From Strigamia acuminata (taxonomy: Eukaryota), in the NCBI GenBank assembly GCA_949358305.1, contig OX442314.1, forward strand, positions 10,044,001 through 10,108,000: a stretch of DNA of 64,000 bases, given 5' to 3'. This document shows positions 12,574 to 24,100 of the stretch, one piece after another. Below the pieces are notes generated by a model. It made no database searches and was not told where the DNA came from. It worked only from the letters and a program-made list of their open reading frames with translations. The position numbers and the translations under genes are program-made. How positions within the stretch are numbered: the first letter of the stretch is position 1; every line of letters starts with the position of its first letter.

Positions 12574-13950
12574 TCAATCATCTTCATTCTCCTCATCCGA
12601 AGAATCAATCAAAACCTCATCGCTCTGTTCATTCCGTTCATTCTCATCGCTATCCTCCACCAAACCAACATCGCCACCACACTCGTTCTGCCGGTAGTTC
12701 TGCAGCACAACCCACGCCCCACCAAACGTCTGCCCAACCCTCAAACAATCAATCAAATGGTCCTCACTCCCGTCCACACTCGTCGTCAAACCACACACCT
12801 TAAACGAACTACGCACAAAATCCGTCCCCAACTCTCCCCACGCCCGCTCCACCCACTCGCCGACAACCCGGCAACTCGGCGCCTTCAAACGACCGTCCTC
12901 CGCGTGCTCCTTGTCCGCCACCCCCGACATCCACTCCGAATAGCGCTCTTCCAGCAAACTCTTAAAAGGTTTCTTCCAACAAACATCCGCCGCTTGCACG
13001 TATTTGGTCAAACCCGCGGGAACGGTCGCCGCCAACGCGTCGAACCGCTCGATTTGGGTTTTCGTCGACTCGCTGACGTGGTGTCGGTACGAATCCCACA
13101 CCAACAGACGCTTCCTGGACGACATTCTCGAGAAAACGTGACGCAACAACTCGATAATCAAGTCCTCGTTCATCCACCCGCTGTCGCTGCTCGCCGTCAC
13201 CACCCCGGGAACGTTCGGCGGCGCTTCGGCGTCCAGATTCGAGCGTTTGAACACGATAAACGGCTCCAATTTAGTCCCGTCACCTCTGGCGGACAACACG
13301 ACGGTGAAATACATTTTTTCACTCGCGGTGTACGTCAATTCGTCCGATTTTTCCGATTTTTCCGATTTTTCGCACGTCCACGCGCCCGGCAGGTCGAACC
13401 ACACGCCCGTTTCGTCTAGCGCGACGATTTCGTGCGCTTGTATCGCGTGTTTGATGCGAAGTTGGTCCGTGTGGTGGATGAAACGAGCGATTTTTTCGTT
13501 GATTTCGTCCGGTTCGGGTCGGTTTTGGGTTTTGGAGAGTTTGTGACGCAGGGATAGGTTGTTTCGCTTCAAAAACTTGGACAACCAGCCGGGACTTGCT
13601 TTGAATGTTTCCTTGCGCGAGTCTTCGTAGGAAGCGAAGATGTCGCTGGCGATTTTTCGGATCATTTTGCGCGAGATTCGTTCGTGGTTTCGCTGTTTTT
13701 CGAGGATCCATTCCATCAAGTCGCTCTCGAGTTCGGCGCTGATGAGTTTGCGCCCGGCTCCTTGTACACGTTTTTTTTTGGCGCCGTCGCTCGCGTATAG
13801 CGCCGTGAAGACGATTTCTTCCTTGTTGCGTTTCCAGCCGCGAATCGTGGACGGAGTGACGCCGAATTTCCGTGCGGCCGCTTCGCCCGAGTTTTGTTCG
13901 GCGTAATTCAGCACTTCTAGTTTGAATTTTAGGTCGAATGAGCGAGGCAT
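12574..13950 (-). CDS. pogo-family DD35D transposase-derived protein (Brinker-type HTH + CENP-B HTH + DDE_1), POGK-like
   Basis: Intact 458-aa ORF: RSFDLKFKLEVL, AAARKFGV, GAGRK, FKASPGWLSKFLKRNNLSLR, ALDETG, WMNE, LVWDS, QAADVCWKKPFK. There are 35 residues between the second and third Asp, and an acidic tail. Confidence 0.9.
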   Translation of the reverse strand: MPRSFDLKFKLEVLNYAEQNSGEAAARKFGVTPSTIRGWKRNKEEIVFTALYASDGAKKKRVQGAGRKLISAELESDLMEWILEKQRNHERISRKMIRKIASDIFASYEDSRKETFKASPGWLSKFLKRNNLSLRHKLSKTQNRPEPDEINEKIARFIHHTDQLRIKHAIQAHEIVALDETGVWFDLPGAWTCEKSEKSEKSDELTYTASEKMYFTVVLSARGDGTKLEPFIVFKRSNLDAEAPPNVPGVVTASSDSGWMNEDLIIELLRHVFSRMSSRKRLLVWDSYRHHVSESTKTQIERFDALAATVPAGLTKYVQAADVCWKKPFKSLLEERYSEWMSGVADKEHAEDGRLKAPSCRVVGEWVERAWGELGTDFVRSSFKVCGLTTSVDGSEDHLIDCLRVGQTFGGAWVVLQNYRQNECGGDVGLVEDSDENERNEQSDEVLIDSSDEENEDD

Positions 13951-14416
13951 TCTGAGGGAAATAAAGTGTTAGTGTTTTTTTGTGTAATGGAGTTTGTATT
14001 AAACGTTACCCGAATGTTTTGGGGAAGATATTTGAGGTTTTTCGTGTGACCAGACCGCTGAAATTTTCACCCGATTGTGGCGCTAGAGGAGGAAGTAGGA
14101 AAACCTGGATGTTCACTGAGGGAAGGATTTATTTCGAGAGGATTTATTTATTTAAGTGTTTAGTGATTTAAAAAATGTTTTTATGAAAAGTGTTTTTAAA
14201 GAAATTGTTAGTGGATTTAGTTAAAAATAAATTTTTTATTTGATTTAAACTTGGATTTTTTGTTTTATTTGGTGCTTGTTTAAGTGTTTCGATTTCGGGT
14301 TTTAGATTCAACTTGGCGGTATGGCGCTTGATAACACATGTGAGTGCGACGTATAAATCAAAATAAAGTGAATTTCCGTTGTCGTTAATTGTTTTGTTTT
14401 GTCAGGAGCAAGAAAA

Positions 14417-17400
14417 ATGATCAAACCACCTGTCAATGAGTTGGAAAAGATGTTGCGAGGAGTGGGACTCGTGGGTTCGGCGATCGCCAAACTACATCGT
14501 CAACAAATGAAAATTGCTTGGGATAATTCGAGTTTGAAACCGGTCGTAAGACAAGTGGCCGAAAATGCCGAAAAAATGACGAAAGAGGATTCGCAAGTGA
14601 TTTCAAACCCATTTTAATTAATCCCACACGTTTATGTATTATTAATCTCCTCAAATTTATCTATTTTCAGAAGAAATTAATGAAAAATGTCTCGGAAACG
14701 ATGAAGCGCACGTCCATGGTGTTTGAAGGACTGAAACAGTTTTCCACTTTCGTTGTCCCAAATTCCAGAGCCTCCGGAATGGCCAACGAGTCCAAAAATA
14801 AATCCACTTCAAATAACCTTGACATCGAAAGCGATATTTTAATGGACGAGCGACAAACGGCGGAAAATGTCGAAGAAATTGAGAAAATGTCAAGAAAACG
14901 GTCGAAAATTGACGAAATTGATGAAATTAAAGATGAAATTGGGTCGAAAAAACCTCAAAATGTCGAAACTAACGTCGGGAAAAGAGACGAGATGAAAACC
15001 GAAGTGAAAACGGTTAAATTTTCGTCGCATCAATCTGTAAAAACTGAAAACACGATGAATTTTCTTAACTTTTTCCTTCAATTTATTTTTGTTTTAAAAT
15101 TTAGTTAAGTGACCGGGCGAAAGAGAGTAAAGTGCCGGCGTCTCGTGTTGGTCGTTTAATTTCGTACGGAGGTGAATTTTGAAGGAGATTTTAATTAATT
15201 TGTGATTAAAATGTGAGTTTGTTTAGGGTTAGCGGCCGGGCTCGGTGTGGGAGCGTTGGCGGAACTCACGCGTAGAAGTTTGGGTTACGCAGAAAGCAGT
15301 CCGAAAAGTAAGGGAAATTTGATGTTTAATGACAAAATGTTTATTCGTCTGTTTATTGTTTTGTAGATACATTTTTGACGGAAGCGAATGCGGAAAGAAT
15401 TGTAAATACGTTGTGTAGGGTTCGAGGAGCGGCGCTTAAGTTGGGTCAGATGCTTAGCATTTCGGGTAAAGCGTCAAATATTTTTTATTCAGTGGTGAAG
15501 GGTTTTTTTTAAATATAAAATACATTTGTTGAGCCTAAAATTACATTAGTTGTCTCGAAAAAATTCATTTTTAGTATGATAAAGTTTATTTATGCACTTA
15601 AAGATTTAATTTATAGTCTGAAAATTAAATTTCTGCACTTAAAAATGCATTTTTCCACATTTAAAATGTAATTTTTGCACATAAAATGCAATTTTTGCAC
15701 ATAAAATGCAATTTTTGCACACAAAATGCAATTTTTGCAATTAAAATGCAACTTTTGCACTTAAAATGCAATTTTTGCAATTAAAATGCAATTTTTAAAC
15801 CTATAAATTAAATTTAGAAGCTAAAAATACATATCCACACAAAAGTTCTATAAAATCCGAAAAAGCATTTTTTCACTTAAAATTATACATTTTTCTACAC
15901 CAAAATATTCTTTTTATGCTCAGAAAAATGCATCCAATTCTGAATAATTTCTTCAAGCATAGTAATCCTTGCCGCTGGTCTTGTATAATTATCCAACTGT
16001 ATCAATTTTTCATTACAGATAACGAAATGATTAATCCGCAATTACAAAAAGTATTCGAACGTGTCCGACAATCCGCCGATTTCATGCCAAAATGGCAAAT
16101 GGAAGTATAAAAAACCAAAATTAATAAACAAACAACAAAATTCAATATCTATAATTTATAATTTAAAAAAAAAAACTAATTCAGAAAGTCCTTATTCGAG
16201 AATTGGGTTCCGATTGGAGAGAAAAGGTGGAAAAATTCGACATGAAACCGTTCGCCGCCGCATCCATCGGACAAGTGCATTCGGCCATTTTGAAAGATGG
16301 CCGCCAAGTGGCTGTGAAAATACAAGTAATGTTGAAATTTGAATTAGCTTTTTGTGTGGATACATAATAGTTTTCCAGTATCCAGGTATTGCGACGAGTG
16401 TTAACAGCGACATAAGCAATTTGATGTCGCTGATGAAAGTGTGGAATTTTCTACCCAAAGGACTTTTCGTCGACAACATCGCAGCGGTGGCGCGACGAGA
16501 ACTCGGATGGGAAGTCGATTACGAGCGGGAAGCGAAATGTGCAAAACGTTACAGGTTAAAAAACAAAGAAAATAAACGCATGCAAAATGAACGTAAAACG
16601 AACAAAACGGCCATAAGTTCAAATAAGAGCCGCCTTCGAATAGTAGCCGCGGCTATTATTTACAAAAATACAGTAAACAAAATAATATTTTAAGCCTATT
16701 TTTAGGTTTTAATGCTTTTTTGAAGCCTATTTTTAGGTTTTAATGCTTTTTTGAAGCCTATTTTTAGGTTTTAATGCTTTTTTGAAGCCAATTTTTAGGT
16801 TTTAATGCTTTTTGAAGCCTATTTTTAGGTTTTAATGCTTTTTTGAAGCCAATTTTTAAGTTTTAATGCTTTTTTAAAGCCTATTATTTGGTTTGAATTA
16901 AGCTAATTTTTTGAGTATTGATTTTGAATGCGTTTTTAAGCCTATTTTTTGGGTTTAGATTGCTATTGAAGGACAGTCCTGTGTATAATGTTCCTAAAGT
17001 CATCGATGAGTTGAGTACGAAACAAATTTTCACTTCCGAGCTGGTGTTCGGTCTGCCTTTAGACAAATGCGTCGATCTCGATCAAGAAACGCGAAATTTT
17101 GTAATTATTATTGAATTTTTCGTTCGTAATAAGTAAAATTGGATTTTTTTGTGAAAATTTTTTTTTTTTTTTTGTAGATTGCGCATTCGATTCTCCAACT
17201 TTGTCTGATGGAATTGTACGAGTTCCGTTTCATGCAGACGGATCCCAATTGGTCCAACTTTTATTACAACCCGGAAACGAAACAAGTAAAAACAATCACA
17301 ATATTTAATAAAATTGATAACTTTCCCACTAAGCGGAATTTAACTTTACTTAATTTTAATCCCGCTTTACATTTTTGTTGAAACTGGAATTTTAATTTTA

Positions 17401-18682
17401 TTTTTCTTTTTTCTTTTCATCAGTTTTAAACAGAATTTAACCTGTTTAAACCCGTTTTACACGATTTCACCCGTTTTAAACACGTTTTAATTCGATTTTA
17501 CCCGTTTTAAACACGTTTTAATTCGATTTTACCCGTTTTAAACACGTTTTAATTCGATTTTACCCGTTTTAAACACGTTTTAATTCGATTGTACTCGTTT
17601 TAAACACGTTTTAATTCGATTTTACCCGTTTTAAACACGTTTTAATTCGATTTTACCCGTTTTAAACACGTTTTAATTCGATTTTACCCGTTTTAGACAC
17701 GTTTTAATTCGATTGTACCAGTTTTAAACACGTTTTAATTCGATTTAACCCGTTTCAGACACGTTTTAATTCGATTTTACCCGTTTTAATTCGATTTTAC
17801 CCGTTTTAATTCGATTTTACCCGTTTTAATTCGATTTTACCCGTTTTAATTCGATTTTACCCGTTTTAATTCGATTTTACCCGTTTTAATTCGATTTTAC
17901 CCGTTTTAAACACGTTTAAATTCGATTTTACTAAATTTTAACAGTAAAACGAGTTCAAAACGGGTGAAATTACTTTAAAACATATTTAAACATGTGAAAT
18001 TGGGTAAAATCATATAAAACCGCGTTTAAAATAGGTGAAAATTGGTAAAAATCATATAAAAACGGGTTTACCACGGGAGAAAATATGTACAATCGTGTAA
18101 AAACGAGTTTAAAACGTGAGCATGAGTCAAATGAATGTCGAATTTCAGCTTTCGTTGCTTGATTTTGGCGCCTGCAGAGATTTCAGTAAATCGTTCGTGG
18201 ACAAATACTTACGAATAATCAAAGGCGCTGCCGATAGAGACCGTCAAGCCGTCGTCCATTACTCCAAAGAAGCGGGATTTCTATCCGGATTTGAATCCAA
18301 AGTAAAAAAAATTAATTGAATTAAATTAAAGTAATTTCAATTTCTTTCTCGACAGCTTATGGAAAGTGCTCACGTTGACGCGGTGATGATTTTGGGTGAA
18401 GCGTTTTCACAGCCCGGATCGTTCAACTTTGCGACTCAAGACACGACGAGGCGGATTCAAAAAATAGTTCCGGTTATGGTGCAGCATCGATTGGTGGCGC
18501 CGCCTGAGGAGAGTTATTCGCTACATCGCAAAATGGCCGGCGTGTTCTTAGTCTGTGCCAGGTTGAGGGCAAATATCGATTGTAAAAGCATTTTTGACGA
18601 CGCCTACAGTCGCTACAGATTCGGAGACGAAGAAGTTGTAAAAGAGCAAAAGGATGTGTTGAATTTGTCGGTTAATTTGTAA
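14417..18682 (+). CDS. COQ8: Atypical kinase COQ8 (ADCK3/4), mitochondrial UbiB family (multi-exon)
   Basis: [23 protein letters not shown] (KxGQ), [57 protein letters not shown]. Confidence 0.95.
16690..16885. repeat. Intronic minisatellite, 31-bp unit
   Basis: Tandem gaagcctatttttaggttttaatgctttttt. Confidence 0.9.
17470..17930. repeat. Intronic minisatellite, 31-bp unit switching to a 20-bp unit
   Basis: ttttaaacacgttttaattcgattttacccg copies followed by ccgttttaattcgattttac copies. Confidence 0.9.
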
Positions 18683-18774
18683 ATTAAAATTAAAATTTAA
18701 ATTATTTTAAAAATGAAATAAATTTATTGTTAAGTCTTCTTGATTTTTTTTTATTTTTAGCCATTTTTATGCGT

Positions 18775-19295
18775 TTTAAACCGGTTTTTACTCGTTTTCA
18801 ACCGTTTTAAACCGGTTTTTACTCGTTTTAAACCGTTTTAAACCAGTTTTTACTCGTTTTAAACCGGTTTTTACTCGTTTTCAACCGTTTTAAACCGGTT
18901 TTTACTCGTTTTCAACCGTTTTAAACCGGTTTTTACTCGTTTTCAACCGTTTTAAACCGGTTTTTACTCGTTTTCAACCGTTTTAAACCGGTTTTTACTC
19001 GTTTTCAACCGTTTTAAACCGGTTTTTACTCGTTTTCAACCGTTTTAAACCGGTTTTTACTCGTTTTCAACCGTTTTAAACCGGTTTTTACTCGTTTTCA
19101 ACCGTTTTAAACCGGTTTTTACTCGTTTTCAACCGTTTTATACCGGTTTTTACTCGTTTTCAACCGTTTTAAACCGGTTTTTACTCGTTTTCAACCAGTT
19201 TTTACTCGTTTTCAACCAGTTTTTACTCGTTTTCAACCGGTTTTTACTCGTTTTCAACCGTTTTCAACCGGTTTTTACTCGTTTTCAACCGTTTT
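18775..19295. repeat. Minisatellite, 31-bp unit
   Basis: Tandem accggtttttactcgttttcaaccgttttaa. Confidence 0.95.
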
Positions 19296-19398
19296 AACAC
19301 TAGTTTTTTACATAATTTCACCAATTTTCATCAGTTTTAAATCAGTTTGTATACAATTTCACTCTTTTCACTCGTTTTAAACCGGACTTTACATGATT

Positions 19399-20163
19399 TC
19401 ACCACGCACTCTCATCATCTGTGGAATCTGAGGAAGACTGATTAAAAGCTGGATCAATGACATCCGGACGCTCCTCAATTTGCCGACATTCGTCCCATAG
19501 CTTTTTCAGAAACCAGTGCTTTACATATCTTTGCACAGCTGTAGTGGATTCCAAAAATGGCTACACAAATTAAAAAAGAAAATTGAAAATTAGAAGTTTA
19601 GTAACTAAAAATTGTTAGCAGTAAAAGTAAATAAAAAAAAGTTTATCACTTGCATGGCATTGTGAGAACAGCCTTTGAGGGAACGCTTGCACATCATCAT
19701 CTGTAGTTCTTTTATGGTATTTACCAAAGTTTGCATCTCCCAAACAATTGTGTAATAAATTTTCTAATTTACTACTGTCATCAACATTTACTTCGATGTC
19801 TGATGCAAGCTTTGATATGACATTTTCCATTGCTTTATTGGTTGAAATAAAATCAATAGCCATTTCTTTTATAGCATTGTTGGCTTTACTTTGGAAGTCA
19901 TTTTCATTCTAGAAAAAATAAATAAATAAATATTTAATTTTTTAATTTTAACTAAATATTTTCTTGTTATTTTCCTCAGTGGTGCAGGAAAGACAACGTT
20001 ATTAAACATTCTCACAAAGAAAACCAAGGCACGCTTATTGTGTCGGGTCAAGTGCATATTAATGACAAAAAAATCGTCATTTGTTTGTTAAAAATTTCTT
20101 TAAACTTACCTGATTTGGAGAAAACATGCTGCATCTTTCAGGATTCCAAAGATTATCCATCAT
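19399..20163 (-). CDS. Hypothetical small multi-exon protein of unknown family
   Basis: Exon 1 MMDNLWNPERCSMFSPNQ ends at CAG|GTAAGT. Further open segments flanked by AG/GT: NENDFQSKANNAIKEMAIDF...; MQTLVNTIKELQ...; PFLESTTAVQRYVKHWFLKKLWDEC... One inferred acceptor is weak. Confidence 0.45.
19980..20075 (+). pseudogene. Orphan exon fragment of a white/ABCG transporter (Walker A), frameshifted
   Basis: Polypyrimidine-CAG acceptor, then (S)GAGKTTLLNILTKK. After a 1-nt shift in the A-run at 20020-20023 it continues NQGTLIVSGQVHIND. Confidence 0.65.
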
Positions 20164-20287
20164 CTTGTGTTAAAACAGCAAAAAAAACAGGATTTTTGAA
20201 TGCACAACTTCAATGGCGATTTCAAATCACGCTCCAAATATTCAGTAATAAAGCGTTGGAAATCATGCATTGCGAATTCAATTATCA

Positions 20288-20302
20288 GCGCCCTCTAGTG
20301 GC
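20288..20302 (-). promoter_or_regulatory. CTCF-like motif
   Basis: gcgccctctagtggc matches the reverse complement of the CTCF core consensus. Weaker versions lie at 8460-8472 and 550-563, each near a gene 5' end. Confidence 0.4.
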
Positions 20303-21100
20303 GGTTTTTGAAAATAGCGTCATTTCAATCTCCAGCCCTTCCGCCATGTCCCTCTTTATTGTGTCCGTGATTGCCGTGATTTCACCCATTTTATACCCGA
20401 TTTTGCGTGATTTTAACCATTTTGAAACCCATTTTTACTAATAAAAATGTGTCAAATCATATAAAATTAGGTTTAAAACTAATAAAAAGTGACAAAATTA
20501 TGTAAAAACCGGTTTTCAAGTATTGAAAAAAAGTACAATTATGTAAAAACCGTGTTTTCTGCATTGGTTTGAACTTTGAAGGTTTGAATCATCCATTTGT
20601 TGCATGCTTATTCCGTGACGCACTACGATGTAACAAAGTGCATTGTGGGATAAACAAAACATCTCTGGCAGTGATTCAGGCAAAAACGAAAATAAATATA
20701 TAAAATAAAAATTAAAAATGTATTTATTTCCAGAAATTTCCATTTCTAAGTACACAACAGTGTAATAAAAATTAAATTATATTTATCTGTAGTGTTTAAA
20801 CTCAAGTAATTATCACCATTAAATGATAGCGAGTCATCATTCACCAAGGTTGGTGATGTTTGATGTTGGTTGGTGTTTCCTCTCGTGTTTCCTCCCTCGG
20901 TTCGGAAGAGTCCATTTGTCACGTGCTAAAAGCTGTGGAATAGTCATAAGGAGTTGGTTGGTTTTGCAAGAGTAAGTGGCGCGCAATTAGATGCAAGCTG
21001 TTTCACACCTGGAATTTAGCGAAACTAAACTGACTAATGCGATAATGATTTTTATCATTTAACTACACTTTGCTGCCGTAATCAGCTCGTAAAGTTGACG

Positions 21101-24100
21101 ATGGCGTCCGTCAAAGTGGCGGTGCGGGTTCGGCCGTTTAACAACAGGTGAGTGATCATCACAACAGAGAAAGAAAGAACTTTGTTTCCAATTGTTTTGG
21201 ATTGTTGTGAATTATTGTTTGATGATTGTTGTTAATTGCGCTTGATTGTTGTGAATTGTTGTGAATTGTGCTTGATTGTTGTGAATTGTTATGCTTGATT
21301 ATTGTTGTGAATTGTTGTTGTGATTTATTCTGTTTGATTGTTGTGAATTGTTGTGAATTGTTGTGCTTGATTGTTGTGAATTATTTTGTTTGATTGTTGT
21401 GTTTGAGTGTTGTGTTTGATTGTTGTGTTTGATTGTTGTGTTTGATTGTTGTGTTTGATTGTTGTGTTTGATTGTTGTATTTGATTGTTGTGTTTGATTG
21501 TTGTGTTTGATTGTTGTGTTTGAGTGTTGTGTTTGAGTGTTGTGTTTGAGTGTTGTGTTTGAGTGTTGTGTTTGAGTGTTCTGAACGGTTGTGAATTATT
21601 GTTAGATGGTTATGAATTCTCGTTTTAGGTTGTTGTGTATTCTCGTTTTAGGTTGTTGTGAATTCTCGTTTGGGATTGTTGTGTATTCTCGTTTGGGAGT
21701 GTTGTGTATTCTCGTTTGGGATTGTTGTGTATTCTCGTTTGGGATTGTTGTGTATTCTTGTTTGGAATTGTTGTGAATTCTCGTTTTGGATTATTATAAA
21801 TTCTCGTTTTGGTTTACCGTATTTTACCGATTACGAGTCGCCCTCGAATTGTATCCGCCCTCGAATAGTAGCAGCGGCTGAGACACCAAGAATACCGTAT
21901 TTTTGCGAAAGTACGGTATTGTTTCCGTATTTAACCTCACGAACGATGAACGTACGCTTCGTTCGTGACGATTAGACTTCGTTTGTTACATTAAACAAAT
22001 GTAACAAACGAAAAACCGAAATTGTAATTGCTGACAAAAATGGCAGTTTTGAATAAGAGCCCCGGCTTTTAATCGATAAAATACGGTATTATGAATTCTC
22101 GTTTATAATCGTTATGAATTCGAGAATTGAATTTGAATTGTTGTTAATTCTTCTTTTGAATCGTTAGGGAACGTGAACTGAAAGCAGAAAAAGTCATAGA
22201 AATGGATGGCAAAACTACAATAATCACGAACAACAAAGTATTTCCCCCCCCCCCCTCAATTTATTTATTTTAACCAATTAATTGAATAATTTATTCATAA
22301 TTTTAAAGATTGCACAATGGACACAAGAAGGAGATTCGGGACGTGAGCGGGAGCGGACATTTTGTTTTGACTACTCGTATTGGTCTTTCGACACCAAGGA
22401 CAAAACTTTCATCTCTCAAGAAAAAGTATCAATTTCTTTCTTCTTTTAAACCCACAAAACAATAAACCAAAATAAAATTTACATTTCTCAAGGTATTCAA
22501 CGATCTTGGTACCGACGTAGTTGCCAACGCATTCGAAGGATACAATGCGTGCGTGTTCGCTTATGGCCAAACTGGATCGGGCAAGACCTATACCATGATG
22601 GGAGATGTCAGTATGAAATCAAATTTTAATAAAATAAACCTAAAAAATTAACCCTAAAATTAAAAATAACTACACAGGAGTCGTGCAGGGGATTAATACC
22701 GAGGATATGTCAAGTAAAAACGAAATTAACCGCAAAATAAAACGATTTAATCCATTTTTCCTCGTTATTTCTCCAGAACTTATTCGAACGGATGGAAATG
22801 CATCGCGGCCAAACAACATACAAAACCGAAGTTTGGTATTACAATTTTGTGTTTTCGAGCTGCATTTTAACCCGTTCTGGCACCGTGTAATTATTTTTGC
22901 CTTTAATTATCAGTTATTTGGAGATTTACAACGAAAAAGTGAAAGATCTTTTACGGCCAAATTTTGATTCGACGAAATTGAGAGTGCGCGAACACCCGCA
23001 ACATGGACCTTACGTTGAAGGGTTGTCGCAACATTCGGTCATGGATTACAACGATATAAACGAGTTGATTGAACGGGGAAATTCGTTTAGGACGACGGCG
23101 GCGACTAATATGAATGAAGATAGTAGTCGGTCGCACGCCATTTTGACGTTGACGTTTGTGCAGGCGACGTTCAGTCATGATATGCCGAGGGAAACTGTGA
23201 GCAAAATTAATTTGGTCGATTTGGCTGGGAGGTAAAGGGATATTTGGAGGTTTGAGGGGTTTGGTTCGTTGATTTTTTTAATTTTGGTTTGTTTGTAGCG
23301 AGAGAGTGGATTCGAGTGGCGCTAAAGGACAGCGGCTTGTGGAAGGAGCGCATATAAATAAATCGTTGGTGACGCTGGGATTGGTTATATCAAATTTGGG
23401 TTTGTGTTGAAGTGTTTCGTTAGGGTGATGTGGAAAAAATTTGTTTTAGTTTTGGTTTGGATGTTAATTTCGGGGAAAAATATCAGAAATTTGTGACAAA
23501 TATATAAATTTCAAGGAAAAATGACAAAATTTAATGAAAAATTTCAAAAGTTTGTGAAAAATATCAAAATTTTTTGATAAAATTTCAAAAATTTATGGGA
23601 AATGTTAGGAAAAATCGAAAAATGGCAAAATTTCAAGGAAAAATGTCAAAATTTAATGAAAAATGTCAAAATTTAATGAAAAATGTCAAAATTTAATAAA
23701 AAATGTCAAAATTTAATAAAAAATGTCAAAATTTAATGAAAAATATCAAAATTTAATGAAAAATATCAAATGTTTATGATAAAATTTCAAAATTTTATGG
23801 GAAATGTTAGAATTTTAAGGAGAAATGACAAAATTTCAAGGAAAAATGACAAAATTTCATCAAAAAATGTCATAATTTCATAAAAAATGACAAAATTTCA
23901 TGAAAAATGTCAATTTCATGAAAAATGTCATAATTTTATGAAAAATGTCATATTTTCATGAAAAATGAAAAAATTTCAAGGAAAAATGATAAAATTTTAT
24001 GAAAGATATCATTATTTCATGAAAAATGTCATAATTTTATGCAAAAATCTCAAAATTTCTTTACTCACCCTACTTTAACCCAATTTTAATTTGACCATTT

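Noticed and set aside
12757..13906. Overlapping ORFs on other frames and strands of the transposase gene
   Set aside because: These are GC-rich shadow ORFs without recognisable motifs.
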